Assembly: GCA_039587355.1 (NCBI GenBank)
Contig: JBDHIO010000032.1
Location: forward strand, 2,844 to 66,843
Direction: 5' to 3'
Length of the DNA: 64,000 nt
Source of the DNA: Gemmatimonadota bacterium
GTDB taxonomy: Bacteria; Gemmatimonadota; Gemmatimonadetes; Palauibacterales; Palauibacteraceae
The first letter of the stretch is position 1. Each line of letters opens with the position of its first letter. Below, one piece after another: positions 29,998 through 38,751 of the stretch. Below the pieces are notes generated by a model. The model was not told where the DNA came from. It did no database searches and saw only the letters and a list, made by a program, of their open reading frames with translations. Position numbers and translations under genes: made by a program.

Positions 29998-30053
29998 ATG
30001 AAGATCTCATGAAGCCCGTCCTTAACCTCTCCTTAAGAACCGCGCCGTAGCAT
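29998..30053. promoter_or_regulatory. Divergent promoter with tandem direct-repeat boxes (candidate OmpR-type sites) and -10 TAGCAT
   Basis: CCTTAA at 30020 and 30031 (11-bp period), TAGCAT at 30048; an opposite-facing pair CTTCAT/CTTCAT (ATGAAG at 29998 and 30009 on +). Confidence 0.7.
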
Positions 30054-30109
30054 CGATTGCAACCTTGCCCGGCGCTGTGCGCGCCGCGCGGTCTTACCCG
30101 AGTCATTCG

Positions 30110-31282
30110 ATGAGGAAGATAATGCGACGACTGTCACGACCGATGTGGATGGCCGCTTGGGCCGGTCTCGCCGCGACGCCCGTGGGCTCGAGCGCCCAGA
30201 GCGTGGATCTAGGAGCCCCGATCGCCACGCAGCAGGAGGCATTCGGCGCGATCGGCGGCGTGCGCGAGCTTTCGAACGGAAGCGTCCTGGTCGCCGATCC
30301 GCTGACAAACGCGCTCTTTCGGCTCGATGCGAACCTGGGGTCCAGCGAGACCCTGGGCTCGGAAGGACAGGGCCCGGGGGAGTACGAGCAACCCGACTCG
30401 GTATGGCCGATGGAGGGGGATCGGTCCTGGCTCGTCGATCTCGGGAACGCTCGCCTGAGTCTCGTGGAGGCGGACGGATCGATCGGTGATGGATCGCCCA
30501 TCGTGGTTCCGACCGTCGGGGCCGGCCCGATGGCCATGCTACTGGCTATTCCCAGCGGCTCGGACGGAGCGGGGCGGGTCTACTTCAACGGGCGGCCGTT
30601 GGGCCCCGACGGGCCCCGGGACAGTGTCGAACTGTATCGCCTGGACCCCCGCGGGGGTGAGCCCGAGGCCGTCGCGATGCTGAAGGCCGAAGAGATCAAA
30701 ACCGAGTCCGTCGGCGGGGGCATGCGGATGTCGCAGGTGCCGCTCAGTCCCGAGGACTTCTGGGGTGTCGCGCCGGACGGCGGCGTCTTCATCGCGCGCT
30801 CCGGCGACGCCTCGGTGGAATACATCGCCCCCGGCGGCCGCAGCACCCGCGGGTCGTCGCTCGCATTCGACAGGGTGCGGATCGGCCTTGCCGAGAAGCA
30901 GGAATGGGTCGAGGGGCGGGCACGCAACGGCGGCATCATGGTAGACATCGCGATGGGCGGTGATGGCGGACGACGCACCTCCATGAGCAGGGCGAGCGGG
31001 CAGCGCCGCGAGATCGAGTCGTACGATTGGCCCGACGAGATGCCGCCGTTCGCCGAAGGGCGCATCCTCGTCGACTCCGATGGGCATGCCTGGATTCGCC
31101 GGAGCATGAAGGCGGGCGAGCCGGTCACGTACGACCTGTTCGACACGACCGGGTCGCGGGTGCGAACGGTGCAGATCTCCCAGGATCGGCTCCTCGCGGG
31201 ATTCGGGGATGGCACGGTGTACGTGTCCCGGTTCGACGAGTTCGACCAGCAGTATCTCGAGAAGTACGCGTTGCCGCGTTAG
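30110..31282 (+). CDS. Exported beta-propeller-like protein, paralogue 1
   Basis: Signal peptide, VRELSNGSVLVAD, GSEGQGPGEYEQP, DEFDQQYLEKY; fold assignment is inference. Confidence 0.75.
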   Translation: MRKIMRRLSRPMWMAAWAGLAATPVGSSAQSVDLGAPIATQQEAFGAIGGVRELSNGSVLVADPLTNALFRLDANLGSSETLGSEGQGPGEYEQPDSVWPMEGDRSWLVDLGNARLSLVEADGSIGDGSPIVVPTVGAGPMAMLLAIPSGSDGAGRVYFNGRPLGPDGPRDSVELYRLDPRGGEPEAVAMLKAEEIKTESVGGGMRMSQVPLSPEDFWGVAPDGGVFIARSGDASVEYIAPGGRSTRGSSLAFDRVRIGLAEKQEWVEGRARNGGIMVDIAMGGDGGRRTSMSRASGQRREIESYDWPDEMPPFAEGRILVDSDGHAWIRRSMKAGEPVTYDLFDTTGSRVRTVQISQDRLLAGFGDGTVYVSRFDEFDQQYLEKYALPR

Positions 31283-31305
31283 ACCATCGAGCCGGGGTTC
31301 GTGGA

Positions 31306-31339
31306 CCTTAACCCGGTCTTAAAACCCGGCCCGTACGAT
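31306..31339 (+). promoter_or_regulatory. Second copy of the direct-repeat box plus -10 element
   Basis: CCTTAA at 31306, TCTTAA at 31317, TACGAT at 31334; same spacing as 30020-30053. Confidence 0.72.
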
Positions 31340-31391
31340 AGGTTGAACGCAGCGACGCTGGACTGACCATTCGATCTGGAGACGACTGGAT

Positions 31392-32591
31392 ATGAAGACG
31401 AAACGGGTTCTCAAGACAACCGCGGCCGCGTTCGCATCGGCCGCGCTCGGTTCGCTCGTCGGCTCGGCCGTCGGGCCGATCGCGCTCGAGGCGCAGGAGA
31501 CACTCGGGCAGCCGATCGCCTCGCAGCCCGAGGCCTTCGGGTTGCTCAACACGGTGCGTGAGCTCTCCGACGGCTCGGTGCTCGTGGCCGATCCGCTCGG
31601 CGGCATGCTCGTCCATCTAGATGCGAGCCTGTCTTCGATGGAGAAGCTCGGCTCGGAAGGCGAGGGCCCCGGCGAGTACAGACAGCCCGACGCGGTCTGG
31701 CCGATCGGCGGCGATCGCTCGCTGCTCGTCGACCTGGGGAACGCGCGGCTCACGGTCGTGAACCCGGACGGGACGTTCGGTGAGGACTACCCGATCGTTC
31801 TTCCGAGCGACGGGGGAGCCGGCGGTCTCGGGATGATGATGGCCATCCCGCGTGGGACCGACTCGGATGGAAACGTCTACTTCCAGGGGAGCCCCTACGG
31901 ACCCGAAGGCGTGAGGGACAGCATCGAAGTCTTCCGGGTGGACATGTCCGACGGTACGCCCGACGCGATCGCCACGATCCGGGCCCCCGAGGTGACGGCC
32001 ACGACGTCCGGTGGCGGGAACAACCAGAGCGTGAGCGTCCAGCAGGTGCCGCTCGGACAGGCGGACTCGTGGGGCGTCGCATCTGACGGGAGCATGTACA
32101 TCGCCCGGGTGGGCGACTACTCGGTCGAGTACATCCGAGCGGGTGGAGCGAGCCGACAGGGCGATCCGGTGGACTACCGGCCCGTCCGCATCGGAAACGA
32201 TGAGCGCGAGGAATGGGACGCTGCACGCGCGCGGAACGGTGGAATCAACGTTTCCGTGAGTGTCGCGAACGGTCGCCGGCAGATGTCGATGAGTCGTGGT
32301 GGCGGCGGGGGCGGGTCCAGCGACCTCGCGAACCTGCCGTGGCCCGACGCGATGCCGCCGTTCACGAATGCGCGGGTTCGCATCGACCCGGATGGCAATG
32401 CGTGGGTCCGGCGCAGCATGCCGGCCGGGTCGCCCGCGACCTACGACGTGTTCAACACGCTCGGGCAACACGCGAAGTCGGTCGCCCTTCCGGAGAGCCG
32501 CGAACTCGTGGGCTTCGGTGAAGGGACGCTGTACGCGGCCCGCATCGATGAGTTCGATCAGCAGTTCCTCGAGAAGTACGACCTGCCATAG
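31392..32591 (+). CDS. Exported beta-propeller-like protein, paralogue 2
   Basis: Collinear with 30110-31282 (VRELSDGSVLVADP, GSEGEGPGEYRQPD, DEFDQQFLEKY). Confidence 0.78.
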   Translation: MKTKRVLKTTAAAFASAALGSLVGSAVGPIALEAQETLGQPIASQPEAFGLLNTVRELSDGSVLVADPLGGMLVHLDASLSSMEKLGSEGEGPGEYRQPDAVWPIGGDRSLLVDLGNARLTVVNPDGTFGEDYPIVLPSDGGAGGLGMMMAIPRGTDSDGNVYFQGSPYGPEGVRDSIEVFRVDMSDGTPDAIATIRAPEVTATTSGGGNNQSVSVQQVPLGQADSWGVASDGSMYIARVGDYSVEYIRAGGASRQGDPVDYRPVRIGNDEREEWDAARARNGGINVSVSVANGRRQMSMSRGGGGGGSSDLANLPWPDAMPPFTNARVRIDPDGNAWVRRSMPAGSPATYDVFNTLGQHAKSVALPESRELVGFGEGTLYAARIDEFDQQFLEKYDLP

Positions 32592-32750
32592 CGGGTACCG
32601 GGAGTTCGACGTAGCGCGCGCCGGCGGGGGTGACCTCGCCGGCGCTCGTTCATCCGGCTCCATCCAACCGCAGCCGCTGTTCCGTCGGTTGCTTCCGCGC
32701 TCCGTCCCGGGTCGGTAACGTGAGGCTCGACCGAACCGGGAAGGGGAGCG

Positions 32751-34232
32751 ATGTCGCGAACCTATCGAACCGCGATGGCCACCCTGCGGCTCCTGATCCG
32801 CGCGTTCTTCAAGCGCGTCGAAGTCGAGGGTCTCGAGAACGTGCCCGCGGATCGGGGCGGGCTGCTTGTCGCCTGGCACCCGAACGGTCTCATCGACCCC
32901 TCGCTCATCATGGCCCAGCTTCCGGGGCGCGTGGTCTTCGGCGCCCGCCACGGATTGCTCGCCACGCCGATTCTCGGATCGATGATGAGGGCGCTTGGGA
33001 CCGTTCCGATCTACCGCGCGACGGACGTGACCGGAGATGACGCGGCGCGACGCGAGGCCAATCGTACGAGTCTCGATGCCCTCGCGGAGAAGATCATCGA
33101 AGGATCGTTCTCGGCTCTGTTCCCGGAAGGAGTCAGTCACGACGCTCCGCACCTCATGAAGCTCAAGACGGGCGCCGCGCGCCTGTACTACCGGGCGCGG
33201 CAACTGGCCCTTGCACACGCTACCGACGGCCTCGCGCCGGTCATCATCCCGGTCGGACTGCACTACGACGAGAAGGAGGTGTTTCGATCGAAGGCACTCG
33301 TCGAATTCCATCCGCCGATCGACCTCGCGCCGGATCTCGATGTCTCGCCGGCCGCGGATGAGTCGGATGAGGACTTCTTCGCGCGGGCGCGTCGCCTGAC
33401 GACGGAGATCCAACGGGCGCTCGAAGAGACCGTCCACCCGACCGAGACGTGGGAGCTCCACCAGCTCATGCACCGCGGCCGCAAGCTCGTGCGGGCCGAG
33501 CGGACCCATCGCGTGGGGTCTCACCCCGGTCGGGCACGTCTCGCCGAGCAGCGTCTCGGCTTCGCCCGCATCTGGACGGGTTACCGGGCGCTCCGCGACA
33601 CCTGTCCGGAGGAAGTCGAGGCGGTTCTCGACGCGGTCCGCGAGTACGACGCGGACCTCGCGGCTCTCGGCCTCGAGGACCGCGAGCTGGACCGCGCTCC
33701 CCGCCTCACGTCGATGCTTCTCCTGCTGTGGATCGCCGGGCAGGTAGTGCTCGTCTACCTCCTGCTGCCGCCCCTCCTAATCCTCGGCTACATCGTCAAT
33801 CTGCCCGCTGGCCTGCTGTGCGGGTGGATCGCGCGTCGGATGTCGGGCGCCCCAAAGGACGAGGCCTCGCTCAAGATCATCGTCGGGTCCATCCTCTTCC
33901 CGGTCACATGGACCGTCGTCGGCATCCTCACCGCCGCGGGTTCGATCCGGCTCGGCGGGATCTTCCAGCCCCTGTCCGGATTCCCGTTTCTCGCCGGACT
34001 CACCGCGGCGATTCTATCCGCGGCGGGAGGGATGATCGCCCTCCGCTACCGACGACTCACTCACGAGACGGTGCGCGCGATCCGCGTGCGTCGGACGACG
34101 AATCGTCGGGCCGAGGAGATCGAGCGCCTGCGGCAGGTCCGAAGCAGTCTTTGCGACTGGCTCATCGGGTTATCAACCGGGCTCGATCTGCCGGGCGAGG
34201 TCGCACCCGATGGCAAGGTCGTGTCCGGCTGA
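32751..34232 (+). CDS. PlsC-superfamily glycerolipid acyltransferase with C-terminal TM helices
   Basis: HPNGLID (HxxxxD), ALFPEG, LKTGAAR, IIPVGL. Confidence 0.88.
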   Translation: MSRTYRTAMATLRLLIRAFFKRVEVEGLENVPADRGGLLVAWHPNGLIDPSLIMAQLPGRVVFGARHGLLATPILGSMMRALGTVPIYRATDVTGDDAARREANRTSLDALAEKIIEGSFSALFPEGVSHDAPHLMKLKTGAARLYYRARQLALAHATDGLAPVIIPVGLHYDEKEVFRSKALVEFHPPIDLAPDLDVSPAADESDEDFFARARRLTTEIQRALEETVHPTETWELHQLMHRGRKLVRAERTHRVGSHPGRARLAEQRLGFARIWTGYRALRDTCPEEVEAVLDAVREYDADLAALGLEDRELDRAPRLTSMLLLLWIAGQVVLVYLLLPPLLILGYIVNLPAGLLCGWIARRMSGAPKDEASLKIIVGSILFPVTWTVVGILTAAGSIRLGGIFQPLSGFPFLAGLTAAILSAAGGMIALRYRRLTHETVRAIRVRRTTNRRAEEIERLRQVRSSLCDWLIGLSTGLDLPGEVAPDGKVVSG

Positions 34233-34264
34233 CGGGCCCGAGGGGGATCCCGACCGCCGTTGAG

Positions 34265-36519
34265 TCAGGGTAGCTCGCGTCGCAAGAAGACGAACGTCGC
34301 GTCGCCGCCTCCGATCGGCACGGCCGTGACGGGGCGGGCCCGCACGAGCGCGGCCGCGACGTCCGGGACACCCGGGGAGCGATCGGCCAGCCACACCGTG
34401 AGCGGATCCGGTCCCTCCCAGTCGAGCCGGGCCACGAGACCGGAGTCTGGTACCGTCCAGATCGTGAATACCCGGTAGTCGGAGTCGAAGAGGGGGAACG
34501 CCGCCTGGTCCTCGGGCACGTCGACACCTCCCAGTCGTACGCCAGTCAGACCGGCCTCCGCGGGGACGGCGAGCTGCATGACAGGAGCTCCTCTGGTCGA
34601 TGTGAGACGGACGATAGCGCGGGATTCGGTCGGGTCGGACGTCGACTCGAGGATCTCGATCGCGGGAGCGGCCAGGGGTTCCACGGGCGCCGCGGACACG
34701 TGGCGGCCGGAATGGGAAAGCCCGTGTAGAGCCAGCGGGCCGTTCCCGCCTCCGCGTCTAAGGCGTACAGGACGTTCGCCCACTGCGGCGTGTCCTCGGA
34801 GAACGCCGGCACGCGCGTGCCGACCCCCAGGAGGATCAGCGTGGTGGCCACGGATCCCGCGATGACCGGCCAGACTCTTCGGACGCCGCCGGCCAGGGGC
34901 ATGATCGTCGTCAGGGCGATCCCGACACCCGCCGCCACGGGGGGCATGTTCCCGAGCCCGATGAAGTCCTTGAGAAACCACATGTGGGGAAGCCACACGA
35001 GCAGGGCCACCAGAGCCGTTATCGCGTACGCGGCGGACTCCAGATGGCCCCTTGGCGTGCGCGCCCGCCCGATGGCTACGAAAACCACCAGGCCGGCAAG
35101 CACGGCGAAAAGCGTGGGTACGACGAACAGGTAGCCGAGACCGGGTATGAACCACGAGAGGATGGCGCCGGCGAGGGCCCCCCAAAACGTCCCGCCGAGC
35201 CAGAATCCCGCGGGACGCGCACTCTTTCGGAAGAGCCACGTCATCAGACCGACGAGCACGGCCGCCCCGGCCCAGAACCCGAAGAACGTCGGCTCGGGTC
35301 GAGACACCCAGACGCCCGGCGCCAGGCTCAGCGATTTGCGGACGAGGTTGAACACGGCGCTCCCGAAGAAGGCGACGAGCACCGTCACGGGCCAGGCGAC
35401 CAGACCCCATTTCAGCTGCCGGCCCGAAGCCGCCCCGCATCGCACCCACAGGGCCGCGATGAACACCGCCCCGAGGATCGAGATGAGGCCGAGCCCGAAC
35501 GTCCACCCCTCGGGCCACGCGAGGTGGATAGGGCCGAGCGCGACGAAGCTGGTTCGCCGCGCCTCGATCGCCCGGGCAGGAAGGTCGTCGTTCAGGAGCC
35601 CTTCGACGATGCGAAGCGCCGAATCGCCCTGTTGCTGGACGCTGCCGCGGTCCAGGTGCTCCAGGTCGTCGAGGGGTGTGTGATAGTGTCGGACGTTGCT
35701 CGCGAATCCGAGCGTCACGCCGGGGACGCCGAGCCGATCGAACACGGCGATGTCGTTGGCGGCCGGGAGGAGACCCGCCGCGACGGCGAGGCCCGATCCG
35801 GGGGCACGTCGCCCGAACCCCGAGAGGTAGGGACGAAGCACCGCGCCATCCTCGCCGATCGTATAGGCCGGGATGGAGATCCCTCCCGATCCCCGGGCTT
35901 CCAGGTTCACGAACGCCCCGACATCCTCGGCCCACGCGTGCGATTCTACGAACGCGGTCGCACCGAGCAGACCCGCCTCTTCTCCGTCGGGGAAGAAGAG
36001 AACGACGTCACGCGTCCGCCGGTCGGCCTCGAGCAGGATGCGGCCGATCTCGAGGGCCGACGCCACACCGACCAGGGCATCCGCCGCCCCGGGAGTGGCC
36101 CCCTGGCTGTCGTAATGCGCGTTGATGACGACGGCTTGATCGTCCGCAGGATCCTGAACCGTTGCCGGGAGTCGCGCGAGGATGTTCTCGACCGTCCCGC
36201 AGTAGTGCCGATACTGCGAGCAGACGAACGTCGCATGGAGCTGAGGCGCGAGTCCGAGCGACCGGATCTCGGACATGATCTCGTCGCGCACGCGCGCGTT
36301 GGCGGGGCTCCCGATCGGATGTGGAGCCTCGTCTCCGATGAGCCGCTCGAGAATCGCGAGGGCCCGCTCTGCGCTGAACGCGTCGGGGGAGTCGTCGGCG
36401 GGGCGGGCCGCGGGTGGCGTCATGCTCCACGCGGTTGCCACGAGAGCCGTGAGCACGACGCCGGTGAGCAGCCGGCCGGCGCCAGATAGAGTGAACACTG
36501 TTAACTTATCGGTCGACAC
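34265..36519 (-). pseudogene. Membrane M28 metallopeptidase (ERMP1/Pff1-like), frameshifted near 34720
   Basis: AHYDS, GAADA, DGEEAGLLGA, NLEARG, YHTPLD and many TM helices in 36519-34546. The C-terminal domain (AAPVEPLAAPAIEILES...RRELP*) lies in another frame ending at 34265. Confidence 0.75.
36491..36505. promoter_or_regulatory. Palindromic operator GTGAACACTGTTAAC (candidate TetR site)
   Basis: 15-bp near-perfect palindrome at the 5' end of the peptidase gene, matching the site at 37184-37198. Confidence 0.72.
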
Positions 36520-36550
36520 AGCGGCTCCAGGGGGTCGCGTGGCGGAATGC

Positions 36551-37183
36551 TCAGAACGAGCCGCGTGGGCTCGAGGAGGTCTCTCCGAAAGGACGAAGTC
36601 CGTCGAGCACGAGTTTCACCGACGCTTCGAAGACCGGTCGGAAAACTTCATCGTCGCCCTCGAACCGTCCCTGGCGGTGAAGGGAGATCAGTCCGTGCAC
36701 ATGCGCCCACAGGGTCACTCCGGCAAGGAGGGGGTCGATGTCTCGTCGAAGTGCTCCCGAGTCCATGCATTCGCGCAATCGATCGATGAGAAAGACGAGA
36801 TTCGGCGACCGCTGGTTCATAGGAAGCCGTCCCTCATCCATCGCGATTCTCGCAAAGAACAGGAGTTCATAGTCGAGGGGGCGTTCGAGAGCGAACGCAA
36901 GAAAGCTCTCGAACAACTGGTGGAGGCGCCCGGCCGGATCAGAGCCCTCGAGGGCGCGATGCAGGTACTGGCCGAAGGCCTCGTTCGCCTGGTCGACAAG
37001 GGCAGACAGCAGGTCTCCCTTGTCGTCGAAGTGACGGTAGATCGCGGGGGCGGTGACCCCGACACGGTCGGCCAGGGCGCGCATGCGGAGCGACTCCACA
37101 CCGCCATCGCGGCAGAGCTCGCGGGCGGCGGCGAGGATCTCATCGTGACGAGTGACCGGTCGAGCGGCTCGGGCTGAAGGCAT
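36551..37183 (-). CDS. TetR/AcrR-family regulator (WHG-type C-terminus)
   Basis: MRALADRVGVTAPAIYRHF HTH, LWAHVHG. Confidence 0.93.
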   Translation of the reverse strand: MPSARAARPVTRHDEILAAARELCRDGGVESLRMRALADRVGVTAPAIYRHFDDKGDLLSALVDQANEAFGQYLHRALEGSDPAGRLHQLFESFLAFALERPLDYELLFFARIAMDEGRLPMNQRSPNLVFLIDRLRECMDSGALRRDIDPLLAGVTLWAHVHGLISLHRQGRFEGDDEVFRPVFEASVKLVLDGLRPFGETSSSPRGSF

Positions 37184-37218
37184 GTAAACAATGTTCACGC
37201 AAGGTCGCCCTCAGTCAA
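37184..37218 (-). promoter_or_regulatory. sigma70-type promoter with overlapping operator for a probably leaderless tetR
   Basis: On -: TTGACT (37218-37213), 17 nt, AACATT (37195-37190), 6 nt, ATG at 37183; operator GTGAACATTGTTTAC covers the -10. Confidence 0.7.
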
Positions 37219-38655
37219 TCAGCTCCCTTCGAGTCGGATCCCGATGATTCCGTGTGGGGGAGACTCCTCGAGGTCGAGGATGATCCTCCGCGTGCCCGGC
37301 TGGAGCATGATCGCGACGGTGAACTCGGCCAGTGGGGAGAGCCCCACCCCATCCGCCGTGTCGACGACGTCCTTCAGGGTAATGAGCATCTCGCGGTGAC
37401 CGTCCATCGTGAACTCGTCGCGCAGTTCGCGGGCGAAGCTGTCGCGCACGAGGGCGTCGAACGCGTCGTTCGTTCCGGCCCGAAGCGCTTCCATGAACGC
37501 CGTCGCGGCCCGGGCGCGTGGGGAGTCGGGGATGCCGCCTCCCGGCCCGCCGCCGGGGGCCGGTCCTTCGTCGTCGTCGACGACGCGTTGCGGACCGAAG
37601 TCGACTCGCTCGCCCGTCATGGCTTCGACGGCGTCGAGGGCGATCTCGAGCACGTCGGACCCGTTGTTCGTGTTCACGACCACGAAGTCGTCCCCAGCGT
37701 CCACCTCGACGACGCCCGTCTGAAATCCGAAGTCGTCGCCTCCGGCGTAGACGGCCGGGCCGTCCCCGTAGGCCGCGGTGAGGGCGACGGGGCCAAGCAC
37801 CCTTCCGGTCCGAAGTGCCCGGATCCACTCGCTCAGGTCCTCCGCCGAAGCGACCATGCCCCCCGCGCCCTGGAGGGCCCATGTGACGACAGGCCAGGTG
37901 TGGGGTGCGTTGTCGCCCTCCCGCGCACCGCCGCGGCCGCGTGCTGCTCGGGCATCGCTCCACCGGTCATCCCCGTGGAACCCGATCGCGTCGAGACCCA
38001 GCGGGTCGAGCAACTCGGTGCGCACGTACTCGGGGAACGTCATGCCGGAGACGTTCTCGACGATGGCAGCGAGCAACGAGTAGCCCGAGTTCGAATATGC
38101 GCGCTCGGTTCCGGGCTCGAATCGCAGCTCCTGCGCGTAGATCCGGCGGAGCGCCTCGTCGCGGTTCATGGCCTGATGATCCCCGGTGTCATCGTGGTAC
38201 TCGTGGAATCCGGCCCGCATGTCGAGGACCTGCTGGATCGTGATGTCGCGCTTGTCCGCCGGGAGACCCTCGAGATGCCGGGAGATCGTATCAGACGTGT
38301 CGAGGCGGCCATCCTCCTCGAGCTTAAGGATGGAGACCCGCGTGAACTGCTTCGTCACGGAGCCGATCGCGTAGACCGTCTCGACGGTCGTCGCCGTGCC
38401 GGCCGCCTCATCGGAGAGCCCGAAGGCCTCGTGGAACAGAACAGCGCCGTCGCGCACCGCCAGGACCTGCCCCGCGAATCCGCGCTGGGTGGCCGCCCCG
38501 GCGATCTCGGCTACTGCCCGGCGTGCGTCGCCGTGGGTCGGGACCTGTCCCGTCAGGGGTTCGTGGGCGGCCCCCACTCCGGAGGCCGCCGCGAGGATCG
38601 TGGCGAACATGGCGGACCGCACGGGCGTGTGAGCGGAGTCTGCACGGAGGTTCAT
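37219..38655 (-). CDS. Exported serine hydrolase, beta-lactamase family
   Basis: GGAG upstream of ATG 38655, signal peptide, GSVTK, YSN. Confidence 0.88.
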   Translation of the reverse strand: MNLRADSAHTPVRSAMFATILAAASGVGAAHEPLTGQVPTHGDARRAVAEIAGAATQRGFAGQVLAVRDGAVLFHEAFGLSDEAAGTATTVETVYAIGSVTKQFTRVSILKLEEDGRLDTSDTISRHLEGLPADKRDITIQQVLDMRAGFHEYHDDTGDHQAMNRDEALRRIYAQELRFEPGTERAYSNSGYSLLAAIVENVSGMTFPEYVRTELLDPLGLDAIGFHGDDRWSDARAARGRGGAREGDNAPHTWPVVTWALQGAGGMVASAEDLSEWIRALRTGRVLGPVALTAAYGDGPAVYAGGDDFGFQTGVVEVDAGDDFVVVNTNNGSDVLEIALDAVEAMTGERVDFGPQRVVDDDEGPAPGGGPGGGIPDSPRARAATAFMEALRAGTNDAFDALVRDSFARELRDEFTMDGHREMLITLKDVVDTADGVGLSPLAEFTVAIMLQPGTRRIILDLEESPPHGIIGIRLEGS

Positions 38656-38751
38656 TCTGCTCTCCAGCTGGTGAAGGCCTGATTCACTGTACAACCTCGA
38701 GCGGTGCCGTGAAGAGGATGTGAATGTCTCAGGGCGGGGGTATGATCAGCC

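Noticed and set aside
19845-38655. Beta-lactamase-family genes as antibiotic-resistance determinants
   Set aside because: SxxK and YxN/YxD motifs are shared with D-peptidases and esterases; nothing indicates a true beta-lactamase.
38680-38695. Possible third TetR operator upstream of the serine hydrolase
   Set aside because: Only the ACAGTG core matches; not palindromic.
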